Assembly: GCA_963514005.1 (NCBI GenBank) | Contig: OY740804.1 | Coordinates: 19,654,001 to 19,718,000 of the forward strand | Source of the DNA: Raja brachyura | Taxonomy: Eukaryota | DNA: 64,000 nt | Direction of reading: 5' to 3' | Part shown: piece by piece, positions 52,247 to 63,859 of the stretch | Layout: every line of letters begins with the position of its first letter | How positions within the stretch are numbered: the stretch's first letter is position 1 | The notes under the pieces: model-generated | What the model was told of the DNA's origin: nothing | Database searches by the model: none | Seen by the model: the letters and a program-made list of their open reading frames with translations, nothing else | Translations under genes and position numbers: made by a program

Positions 52247-53529
52247 GAGAGAGAGAGAGAGAGAGAGAGTCTGAACTGTAACTCTATTTCCACATGTCCA
52301 CATGGAAGTTAACATCCAATAACAGCTGCTCCTAACTTACACTCTCTAGCTCTTGCTTAATAATATTGTAATCTACTTTATCCCAATGTAGTACCTTTCC
52401 CCAAAGTCCAGACATCCTTATTCATAACTATCTTAAGACCCATGAAGTTGCGATCACTGCTCCAAAATGCTCTCCCACTGAATCACTAGTCTCCTGGCCA
52501 GACCCGTTTCCCAATACAAGGTCTAATATGACAACAAATTATAGATCGATGAGATGTAGTCACATGAATATAGTAAAGCCTTTGATAAGGTTCTGCGCTA
52601 CGATAAAGTATGTGGGATCCAAAGCAAATTGGATCCAAAGTTGGCTTGGTGGGAGGAGACAGAGGGTAACATTTATGATTGGAAGTCTAGCCTATGGTAA
52701 GTGGTGACCCACAGTGATTGGTGCTGGGATCCTTACTGCGTAGCATATACATTAATGATCTTAATATGAATATAATAAGTATGATTAGTAAGTTTGCAAA
52801 TAACATGGACATTCGTGGAATTTTTAACAATAAGGAGAAAGTCGCAGGCTACGGAATGATATTGATTGCCTGGAAATTGGGTGGACAAATAGATTGAAGG
52901 AGAGAATGAAGATGTTGGGATTGTTTTCCTTGAAACAGAGGCTGAGGGGGATGTTCACAATTATGCCCATATAGATATGGTGGATAGTGAGGAACCTCAT
53001 CCCATTACACAGATGTCTAAAATCTGACAGCATAGGTTTCAGGTGAGGAGTGAGAAAGTTAGCAGAGACATCAGGGTTTCTCTTCCATATGGGTTAATCA
53101 GTGAAGGGTATAATCTGGGGCAGTTGAAGAGAATACAGTGGTGGTTGATGGCTGGTACAGACTCAATGGGCTGACGGGCCTGTTTCTCTGATTGTAATCC
53201 CAGCTGGGTTGGAGTCAGATCAGTCTGGATTCCTCCCACTACTGAGGCTTGTTGATGCTTTCACTTGACATATTCCAGGCTGAATGACATCCTCCGGCCT
53301 ATCCATCGATATCTGGCTGGAGCTGTAACTTCCTTCCTCAGACCTGGGCGCAGAATCTTCACTCTGTTCCCCCCGTGAGCTCACTGTGTGATGGAACTGG
53401 GGTCTCTAACAGAGCCGGGAGCCAGACGATGGGCCGCATGGCCTGCTCCTGTGCTCTGTGATTCTCCCAGCTCCGATTCCTCCTCCAGTCGCTGAGCTCT
53501 CCTGCTGACTGCCTCTCTTGTCTCCTCAG

Positions 53530-53847
53530 CAGGGACTGGGGCCGCCACTGGCACCGTGACTGGAGCTCGGGGACACTCGGTCTCCTTGCCTGCTGGGATC
53601 CCAGTCGCACGGGACAATGCAGGGGTTGAGTGGAGGCGGACATCACCCAGAACCAAGATAGCGAAGTACTCGAATGAGAATATTGAATACTATGTCACCA
53701 ATTACACGGGACGGGTAACACTTCACCGCGGGAACTTCAGTCTGGAAATCCGAGATCTACGGAGAGAGGACGCTGGTGATTACGAGATCGTTGTTATTAC
53801 AAGGTCAGGAACGGAAATTCCGGCAAGAGTCCAACTGGAGGTGTACG
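53530..53847 (+). CDS. Gene B exon: cysteine-less IgV domain (CD2/SLAM type)
   Basis: ctcAG acceptor, GTGAGT donor, 318 nt, phase 1-1; AGTGAATGTVTGARGHSVSLP..VEWRR..YTGRVTL..LEIRDLRREDAGDYEI..VQLEVY. Confidence 0.9.
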
Positions 53848-54699
53848 GTGAGTATGACTGCCGCGGACATCCCGGCTTCCTCCGCCTACTGAGCCCCCTA
53901 ATTAATGGGTGAGGGCAAATCCTGCGTGTACCCCAATTTACTGAACCCCACTGACTGCCAGTGTACAGAGTGGGGGTCACAGCACAAGTGTAGTGGGACT
54001 GGGGCAGTGCCAGGCTGGGGGACAGACCTACCACATCCCCGGAGACTGGGCCAGGGGCCGCAAGGGATCGAACCATCAACGGGGAACCTCGTAGCTCCGA
54101 GGCTGGAAGAGCTGAACACATGGGAGGGAAGGGGGGGACTGATCTGACCCTGGCCTCGGCTCCGCTTTCCTGCTTGTTCCCCTCAATCCTTGACTTCCTT
54201 CCTGACCCAAACTCCATCTCAGCTTTGAATATATACATTCAATGACTCAGTCTCTACTGCTCTCTTGGGAGAGAATTCCAAAGAATCCCCACCCTCGGGA
54301 AGCAGAAAGAATCATAAGTGCACCCTTGCCTCCCCATCACCGGAATGCACCTGTTTCTTTCTCCTCTGTGTGGTGATCCAGCTCCCCTTAAATCCCTCAG
54401 TTAGATTCAGTGCAGCAACTCCCTGTGGGAACAAGTACCACATTCCCACTACTCTAAGCATTTTCTCCACATATTAGACCAAGCTGGCCAAGTCCTGAAG
54501 GACAGAACAGCCAGACTGGGTCAGTGACAGGGAGTGAGTGAGCCAAGACCAGGGACAAATCGACCTGACCTGGTCCTCCCCAGTCCAGCTGCGGCAGGTC
54601 CCTGATACCACTGGTGATAGATACCAGTCAGTGTACAGATATCCCCCTGAGAGAGAGTGGCTATAAGACACCAGTCAATGTACAGATATCCAGTCAATG

Positions 54700-55250
54700 T
54701 ACAGATGAGCTGGTCAGAACGCTTTTGGAGTATTGTGAACAATTTTGTGCCCCATATCTGAGAAAAGATGTGCTGGCGCTGGAGAGGGTCCACAAGAGGT
54801 TTACGTGAATGATCCCAGGTATGAGTGGGTTAGCATATGATGAGCGTTTGACAACACTGGGCCACTACTTGCTGGAGTTTGAAGGATGAGGGGACACTTC
54901 ATTGAAACTTATTGAATAGTAAAAGGCTTCGATAGAGTGGATGTGGAGAGAACGTTTCCATTAGTGGGAGAGTCTAGGAGCAGAGATTATAGTCTCAGAA
55001 TAAAAAGACGTTCCTTTGGGAAGGAGTTGAGGAGGAATTTGGTAAATCTGTGGAATTAATTGCTACAGACAGCTGTGGAGGCCGTCAATGGATGTTTTTA
55101 AGGCAGAGATCGATAGATTCCTGATGGGCACGGCAGTCTGGGGTTACAGTATGGGGAGAAGGCAGGAGAATGGGATTGGGAGGGAGAGATAGATCAGGCA
55201 TGATTGAATGGTGAAGTAGATGATGGGCTGAATAGCCTAATACTGCTCCT
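54700..55250 (+). mobile_element. CR1 3' fragment (intronic)
   Basis: LVRTLLEYCEQFCAPYLRKDVLALERV and CR1 3' UTR. Confidence 0.75.
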
Positions 55251-56019
55251 TATGAACTTCCCCCTGAGATACAGGGACTGAGAGACACTAGTCAGTGTAC
55301 AGATATCCCTCTGAGGGATTGAGAGACAGATGTAAAAATAGAGATATGCCCGTTTGAGCGAGGGACTACCATAAACCAATATGTGAACAGTGATGAAACC
55401 TCTGAGAGACTGACACATGCAAGTCAGTATGCAGATATTCCACCGAAAAATCAAGAGATATATTGGTGTATTGTTCTTTCCCAGCCAGTTTCTCAGCATG
55501 TTTACCAACACTTGTCCACACTGGAGCAATCCTCCCCTTGGGAAAACAGTTGATATCCCCTCCCCCAAAGATGACACACCTTCTGCTATCGCTAGAGCTC
55601 AAGAGAGTGGCCACCTCTCAAAATAAGTTGTGGGTATCATGCTGGGAATGGGGGAAGTGCATGTACACTAAGTGCAATGGCACAGTGTCCGGAAGCAGAG
55701 AGGTGGAGCAAGTGGCCAGGCATAAGTTCCTGGACCTTCAAGACTCTGGCTAGAATTTTGGGACAACAAAGTAGCCAGCCTATTAGAAACAGAACTGAGG
55801 TGACATGTGACCCGGCTCTCCACTCCAGTCGCCTCGTGAGTTCTTCCAGAACGGTCTGGGTTGCCCAATCCTTGGACTGAGCGTTTGCAAATCCTGTAGA
55901 AAGACCCCCTGCTGACATTGTTGTTGCGGCTGGCTGTGGTGATCTTCATGTCAAGAATACTTTAACTCCTGTGAAGAAGCAGCAGAAATGCTCATCGCCT
56001 TCCTCTCCGTCAATAGTCC

Positions 56020-56250
56020 AGTGAGTGGTGAGTCTATGGAATTCTCTGCCACAGAAGGTAGTTGAGGCCAGTTCATTGGCTATATTTAAGATTAGATGTG
56101 GCCCTTGTGGCTAAAGGGATCAGGGGGTATGGAGAGAAGGCAGGTACAGGATACTGAGTTGAATGATCAGCCATGATCATAATGATTGGCGGTGCAGGCT
56201 TGAAGGGCCGAATGGCCTACTCCTGCACCTATTTTCTATGTTTCTATGAA
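56020..56250 (+). mobile_element. CR1 3' tip (intronic)
   Basis: CR1 3' UTR ending TTTCTATGTTTCTATG. Confidence 0.8.
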
Positions 56251-57642
56251 ACCCTTGAAGCAGCGCTGCTCAATTGGAGTCACGTCTGCGTCCCTCTCCA
56301 TATTTGTGAGGGTGCTGCAGACAGACAGACCCGCAAACAGTGTCCATTCCAAACAGCAATCAATGCACAGCTGGACCTTGTTGCAGCCATTCCTGCCTTT
56401 TCCAGGGACACCTGGATTCCTCCATGGAGATGTGGGATTACCAGACAGGGGGCACAAAGCTGTCCACAGTCTCACTGCAGCTTGATCTGAATTATTTCCC
56501 ATGCCCCACACTGAATCCTCGTCCTCCTGCTGGCTGTCAATGCAAGAAGTTGGCATGCCCACCCCACAATGTACCACAAGGACATGGGCTGCACAGGCCT
56601 CTCCCACCTCCAACAGGATTCCTGGGATCGAGGGGGAGATGAGGGCATCTGCAGCATTGGGATAGGACCCCTTCCTGAACTGTGGGACAGGACCCCTCCC
56701 TAATACAATGTCTCAGGAGCTCTCCTTGAACAATCGAACAGGAGCCCTCCCTACAGCAATGGGACTGGACCCCTTACTGAACAATGAGACAGGACCCCTC
56801 CCTGCTAGTCCCAGCTCCAACATGACCATTCCCTAGCGCAGATGTCAATCAGGACCAGGGGTTATGTGGGCAAGTTCCCCACAGCATGTCTGCTGTGAGA
56901 AGTCAGCTTAAATGTGAAATGTAAATTTGCAGCCTCATTCACAGTTACAAAGTGAATGCTGCAAAACTCACAAAGTGCTGGAGTAGCTCAGCAGGTCAGA
57001 AAACATCTCTGAAGAATTTTGAAAAGTGAAGTTTTGGGTCGGGATTTCTTTAGTGTCAGCAGTTCCTTGTGTCAAAAATGTGAGGGAGCTGGACCAACAT
57101 CAGTGGAGATACAGTCAGTGGCACAGGGTGCTGGGGAAGATGGGTAACTTGAGGGCCAATGTTGCATTTATCAACGTTCAGGCTCAGTAACTTCTCAGAA
57201 TATCCCTTCACTAATACAATTTATTTTATTCCTCAGTAACGCTGGCCACTGTATCTCCAGTATTTCTGGACTTTTTTTGTGCCTTTCTTTGTGAAATTAG
57301 ACATAGAATTTTTGTTAATTCTTTTCCTTAATTTCCATTGTAGATTCTGCCAAATCCATCTGTCAACACCATGGTTGTGGTTATCTATAGAAGATCAATT
57401 GAGTAGATGTGATGGGTATTGGAGGAGAGGGAATGGAGAGGAGAGATTTGAGGGGACTGAGGAGTACAATGTGGGGAGGGGATGGAAGACAATGATATGT
57501 TAATTGGGTTGGACTGAGGCAAGGCATTGGGATGACAGAGGTTTCCCAGCCTGAGGCTGGATGAGATGGATCCTCTAATCCTATGTCACTGGGAGTGAGA
57601 GGATGGGATTAGTCACGAAAACTGTTCTCATGCCTGTTACAG

Positions 57643-57861
57643 ATCCAAATGGAATAATAACATCAGCAACAACCAATATTACGACAGCACCCAACACAAC
57701 GACAGCACCCAATACAACGACAGCAAACGTGTCTCAGAGAGTGATCCTGCTGATCAATCTGTCGATTCTGGGAACCCTCCTGATCTCTGTTCCCGCCGTG
57801 ATTCTCTGTCTTGTGTGGAGAAGAAGAGCCACAGGAAGGGAAGTGTCTTCAGGCTCTGAAG
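57643..57861 (+). CDS. Gene B exon: Thr-rich glycosylated stalk + transmembrane helix + basic juxtamembrane segment
   Basis: ttacAG acceptor, GTGAGT donor, 219 nt, phase 1-1; DPNGIITSATTNITTAPNTTTAPNTTTANVSQR-VILLINLSILGTLLISVPAVILCLVW-RRR. Confidence 0.88.
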
Positions 57862-58019
57862 GTGAGTGGATCTGACACCCAGTCTGAGTCTGTGGGTTGG
57901 GGGAGTGGGGGATGGGTAGGAATGGTGATGTCGGAGGAATGGAGGGAAGGGGCAGATGGGGTACAGAGTGGGCAAGGGTTTCAGTACTGACCTTGTCACC
58001 TCTCTTCTCTGTCCCTCAG

Positions 58020-58108
58020 GCCCAGCTGAGACTGAAATCGATTATGCAGATCTTCAGTGGATGCAGAACCATCGCACTGCCCAGACACTGCCGGAGGGAA
58101 ACAAGAGG
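58020..58108 (+). CDS. Gene B cytoplasmic exon with ITIM (IDYADL)
   Basis: Strong pyrimidine tract + cAG, GTAACG donor, phase 1-0; GPAETEIDYADLQWMQNHRTAQTLPEGNKR. Confidence 0.82.
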
Positions 58109-58801
58109 GTAACGGCCGACACTTTACACTGGGGGGGGGGGGCAGTGGGACCCCACTATACCCGGGTCAGACAGTACACAAGGCCCCACATGTGAACTAT
58201 TCAGTCCCAGAATCAGCCCGAGGTCCCCGTCACAACCCACTGCTGTTGACCTGATGACCACTGGGCACAGCAAGATCCACATAATTACCCAGTTCAATCA
58301 TTACCTCAGTGACCATCTTGTTCGCTCTGATAGACGTAACACGAATTGGACGCCCCACACCCACTCTCTCCAGTACGCCTCCCTCTCTCTACCGTACACT
58401 CCCCACTCTCCTCTGTACACTCCTCTCTCTCCTCTGTACATTTCCCATGCCCACTCTCCTTGATGATTTCAGAGACATTTGCAACAGAGATTCTGCAGGC
58501 CTCCTGCCCCAAGACAGGGCTTCTCCAGCAGGTCACAGACCAGCATGAAGCAGAAGAGAAAGCACGCGTCCTCCCCATCATTGTCTATCTTCACAATTCA
58601 GGCAATCACAGCCCCGTGGTACACTGTCCCCCACACACTCAGTTACTGGGGTACACTATCCCCCACACACCATTGCAGGGTAAGTGTCTGAAGTCTGAGG
58701 GCCGGTGCTAACTCAATGACCGAGCTCCTGTCTCTGAGCTGCCTTGCTTTGTCTTGCTGATCTGTCCCAGTGTGGCACTAACTGGTTTGTTTTTGTTGTA
58801 G

Positions 58802-58858
58802 TTTGTCAGGGGTGAGATTGCCTCCACTGAGTATGCGGCGGTGGAGTACCGTGCCTGA
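58802..58858 (+). CDS. Gene B terminal coding exon with ITSM (TEYAAV)
   Basis: CACTAAC branch point, T-rich tract, tAG acceptor, phase 0; FVRGEIASTEYAAVEYRA*; several AATAAA at ~59410-59470. Confidence 0.8.
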   Translation, partial: FVRGEIASTEYAAVEYRA

Positions 58859-59500
58859 CCCCTCAATGGATCGGCTGGGCATGGAGCCCATGGACATGAT
58901 CCCGCGGTGTACGCCAGACCCACCGCGCTGCACGTCGAGGGACATAGACAGCGGCTCGTCTGGGCTTGAGTCACAGCTGCTCTGGAGGGTGGGAGGCGCC
59001 GTGGGCCCAGTATAGGATCTTTGGTATGTCAAACTGGGCTGGTGGGACCTGGGGCAATGCTGGTCAATGGGGGGGGGAGGGGGGGGTTGAGAGGTGCTAT
59101 TGACCCAATTGACTGGGGCAACGCTTTTTGCTGGGGGTGGGGGGGGGTGGGGGCTGAGCAGTTGAAGAGCCGGATGGTTGATAAGAAGAAGCAGTTGTTA
59201 AACACGGAGATAACATTTTTTAGTCTCCTGTACCTACTTCCTATGGTAAGAGTGGGATTAAAGTGTCACCACAGAAATGTGGGTCTTTTATGATATTATT
59301 TACTTTATTGAGGCAGTGCTTGATATAAATGTCTTCATTCATCGAGAAACTGACATTTTCTTGGAGACCCCTTCTGGAGAATCTCCAATATGTTTTAACA
59401 TAAAGATAACAATAAAAGATTAACTACAGTTTCAATGCCACACAAATAAAACAATAAACTATGCAATAAACTATTAAGTATAGTTCCAATGGCTACAATT

Positions 59501-59548
59501 GGAGAAGGGTCTGAAGAAGGGTCTTGACCCGAAACGTCGCCTATCTCC
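59501..59548 (+). ncRNA. Minimal type-I hammerhead ribozyme motif in a Penelope pLTR fragment
   Basis: CTGAAGA (59511-17), stem II GGGTC-TT-GACCC, GAAA, palindromic ACGT stem III, GTC triplet; stem I GGAGAAGGGT / GCCTATCTCC. Confidence 0.6.
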
Positions 59549-60756
59549 TTCGCTCCTTAGATGTTGCTGCACCCGCTGAGTTTCTCCAGCCTTTTGTGTA
59601 CCCTCGATTCTCCAGCATCTGCAGTTCCTTCTTTAACAGCTACAATTATCTACTAAGCTTTAACATTTTGAGTGCAGAATCACGTATTCACAATGGGAAA
59701 ATATTATTGCCACCAAGACACAGCTAAATATTCCAATGCTTTGCTGGGACACAGACATCCAAATAGAAGGCCTTTAAGATTAGGTTTTAGGTTTATTTTT
59801 GTTCTGTTTACCAAGGTACAGGGAAAAGCTTTGTTTTGCATGCTATGTAAACAGATCAGATAATACTACAAATACAATCAAATCGCACTCAAGTGCTGAT
59901 GACTTGAAGATTGGTGGAATTATAGAAGGAAGCAAGGAAGGTATTTCAAGAATACTGAGGGACTTCGATCCCTCAGTATTCTCTGCCACAGAAGGCAGTA
60001 GAGGCCAATTCACTGGGTTAATTTAAAAGAGAGTTAGATAGAGCTCTCGGGGCGAGCGGAATCAAGCGTTATGGGGAGAAGGTAGGCACGGGTTACTGAT
60101 TGTGGATGATCAGCCATGATGAAATGAATGGCGGTGCATACCAAATGACCTCCTCCAAGCTAGAAAGTGAGGTTGAGCAATAACAGATGGAATTTAATTC
60201 AGACAAATATGAGGTAATGCATTTGAGGTCATCTAATGCTGGCTGGACATATACAGTATTGGGCAGGGACCATAAAAAGTGTTGATGTAGAGAGGAATAT
60301 TGAGGTACGTTCATAGCTTCCTGACCATGCGAAAGGTCTGAATGACAAAAATAAAATTAAATTTAATTCAATTCAATTCAATGCCAACGCAGGTGGATAG
60401 GATTGTGTTGTAAATGGTTTAGCTTGCTTGTTTTCAAGGGGAGGTAGGTCAAGTACATGTTGGTATATTATGTTGCAGCTCTGCAAGACATTTGTTAGGC
60501 CACACTTGGAATACGGTGTGCCTTTCCGGTCACCAAACTATAGGAAGGATGTAGTAGCACGAGAAAGAGTGGAAGAGATTCACCAAGTTGTTTTCTGGGA
60601 TGGAGAGCTTTAGCTACAGGGACAGTTTGGATAGGTTGGAGCATTGGAGTTCGACAGGTGACCTTGCAGAAATTTATAAACTAAGATGCGCATAGATAAG
60701 GTGAATCAACACAGTCTTTTTCCAAGGATAGGGAGTCTACTCCTGTACAACAACAC

Positions 60757-62510
60757 CTGTAGTGGACCTTGGTCAGACCACACGTGGAGTGTGGTGGGCC
60801 TTGTTGAGACCACAGCTGGAAATATGTTGGGCCTTGGTGAGCCCACACCCTGAATCTGATGAGCTTTTGTGAGACCACACCTTGAGTATGGTGGGCCTCG
60901 GTGAGATTACACTTGGAATCTCATGGGTCTTGGCGAGACCACACCTGAAGTAATGTAGACCTTGGTGAGTGCACATCCAGAGAATGGCAGACCTTGAGGT
61001 GCAACAACAACTGCATTATTATAGGCCTTGGCAAGAACACAGGGATTGGTAGGTCTTGTTCAGACCGCAGCTGGTTTATGTTGGGTCTCGTTTAGACCAC
61101 ACCTAGAGTCTGATGGGCCTTTGTGAGACCACACCTGGAGTCTGCTGGGACTTGGTGAGATTACCCCTTGTGTATGGTGGGCCTTCATGAGATCATACCT
61201 GGAATGTGCTGGGCCTTGAGGACACCACACCTGGAGTAATGTGGACCTTGGTGAGGTCACACCCAGAGTATAGCAGATTTTGGGATGCAAGGACATGTGG
61301 GGTATGGTGCGCCTTTGTGAGACCACATGGAACATGGTGGGTCTCGGGGTTAGCACATCTGGAGTACAGTGAGCCTTAGTGACCACGGAAGTAGGGTGGG
61401 CTTTGAGGTGAGACAACTCCTGTAATGGGCCTTGTTCAGACCACACTTGCAGTATGGTGGGCCTTGGTAGGGCCACACGTGGAGTAGAGTGGTTCTTGGT
61501 GAGATGATACCAAGTGTATGGTGGATCGTAGGGTGAGACGATTCCTGAAGTATGGTAGGTCTTCGTGAGACGACATCTGGCATATGGTGGGCCTTGGTAA
61601 GATGACACCTGGAGAAAAGTGGGTCATGGGTAAGACCACCAGATGTTGTCTTTGGGGTTGAGTTGAACTTTGGGGTGAGATAACACCTGGAGTTTAGTGG
61701 GCCTTGATGAGACCACAGCTGGAATATGGTGGAACTTGGTGACACTTCACCTGGAGTATTGCAGATCTTGGAGTGATTCCACACTTGATGTAATTTAAAC
61801 CTTGGTGAGGCCACACCTAGAGTATGGTGGGACACAGTGAGACCTCACTTAGAGAATAGTGGGCCTTGTTGAGACAATATCAGCAGTATGGTGAACCTTG
61901 GAGAGATTAAGAATGTCATTGTTTTATCTGGGACATACACAATAAGTGACTCTTGACCGCATTTGAAGAACAGTGGATCTTGGTCAGACCACACATGGAG
62001 AACAGTAGACTTTTGAGACCATACCTGGAGTATTGTGAGCCTTGGGGTGAGGCCACACCTGGAATATGGTGGGCCCTGATGAGACCGCAGCTGGACAATG
62101 GAGGGCATGCTGAAGTACGGTTGGCCTTTGTGACACTATACCGGGATTATGGTGGGCCTTTATGAGACTACACGTGGAGCATGGTAGGCCTTGGGGTGAG
62201 ACTACACACGAGTATGCTGGGCCTTTGGATGAGACCACACATGGCCCATGGTAGGACTTGGGGTGAGGCCACACCTGGAATATGGTAGGCCTTAAGGTGA
62301 GACTACACATGGAATATGGTGGGCCTTGGAGCAAGACAACATCTGGAATATGGTGGGATGAGATGAGACCACACCTAGAGTATAGTTTGCCTTGGGGTGG
62401 GACCCACAACTGGAATATGATGGGCTTGGGGTTGAAACTACACCTGAAGAATGGTGTACTGATTTGGGGTCACAGCATAATGATCCACCAGAATATTTCC
62501 AGAGATGGTG
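60757..62510 (+). repeat. Degenerate ~32-bp minisatellite (roughly 55 units) derived from CR1 ORF2
   Basis: Consensus approximately GGGCCTTGGTGAGACCACACCTGGAGTATGGT; compare CR1 GGGTCTTGGTGAGACCACACCTGGAGTATTGC at ~6167-6198. Confidence 0.9.
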
Positions 62511-63859
62511 GATCTGCAAAAAAATAGGGACAGGTCGAATGCACAGGATCGAATTCTCTAAGTTTGGAAGATTTTTCCACAACCGTCACATTAATACTGT
62601 ATTAATCAGTTCCTTGACTGGTGAATTTCACAAAATTCCAGCACTATTGTAGAGGGCTGTTCACATACAGTCACTGCTTCACTCTGTATCTAACCCGTAA
62701 CACCTGAAAGTGTGATTGTACAGTATAGAGCTTCATGCTATGTCTAATTTGTGCCCCGAGGATGTGTGGTGGAGTGACGTGGAGGATGTATCACTCTGTA
62801 TTCAAACCCCTGCCTATTGTGGAAGCAATGGAGGCAATGGAAGAGCAAAGAGGAACAAAACTTCTGAATAAAACTCATGGACTGAAATGGAATAAAGTCA
62901 ATCAGTTCAGACTAACAGGCACTGTGTTCATTTTCTCCACGAATGGGAGCACAGACTGCTGGACAAGCCCAATTCCATCACATCACAAGAGACAGTTAGA
63001 TATAGCTCTTAGGGCAAACGGAATCAAGGGATATTGGGGAAAAAGTAGGAACGGATTACTGATTTTGGATGATCAGCCATCATCGTATTGAATGGCGGTG
63101 CTGGCACGAAGGGCCGAATTGCCTACTCCTGCACCTATTTTCTATGTTTCCATCACAACAGCCCCATCTCTCCCTCCCCAGGTGAGTAATCTCATAAATG
63201 CAAAGAATGCAAAAAATGCAAAGATACAGAGTGAAACACAAAGCCAGCTGGGAGGCGATGTATTTACATTCGCAAGGTCGCAACTGCTGATGTCAGGGAT
63301 CAAGCGGTCTTATGGCAATGTGAGATCAGCGCCGATAGTGTCTCTGCTGCTCCTAACAACCTCTGGGTCGCCATGGGGCTGGGTGCTACTGTGGGTCAGT
63401 CTCCGTCCCAAATCGCCCTCCCTTCTTCCCACGCACATCTGGAAATTGCAGCTGTCCCTTGGCGGAGGGTGGGAGTGGTTTTGTCGATGTGTATCCAGGG
63501 AAGAGGTGGAATGGGATTGTAAAGAGACCTGTGACTGGAGCATCATAGGCCCTCCCTGTCCAACACTGGCATCGGACATGACGTTAAATCCTGGTCAGCC
63601 TCACCCACACCAATCCTCCCTCCCTCGCGCCACTTATCCTCCCTCCCAGTACTAGAGCCCCCCCCCCCCCCCCTCCTTCTACGAGGTGTTGTTTCAGTCC
63701 TTCCTCCCACAACCCTCTCTCTACTGCAAGACCCCCAACCCCACCCCCTAGCCACACTCTATTTTGCCCACACATAAACCTCACTGCGATTTGCCTCTTC
63801 GAGTGGGAGGAACGTCGTTGGGGCGTTGCCTGGTGAGAGGACGTTCCGCGCTAACTTAA

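Noticed and set aside
53530-58858. Calling gene B PD-1 (PDCD1)
   Set aside because: Tail motifs are similar, but the V domain lacks the canonical Ig disulfide and is a close paralogue of a V+C2 CD2/SLAM-type gene; no symbol assigned.
60757-62510. CRISPR-like array of ~32-bp repeats
   Set aside because: Monomers are contiguous with no unique spacers, are degenerate, match CR1 ORF2, and the context is vertebrate with no cas genes.
61060-62582. His/Pro/Cys-rich minus-strand ORFs
   Set aside because: Antisense translations of the minisatellite with shifting frames.
63092-63655. 187-aa ORF and overlapping minus-strand ORFs
   Set aside because: It begins in a CR1 3' UTR, has no recognisable domain and no convincing exon boundaries.
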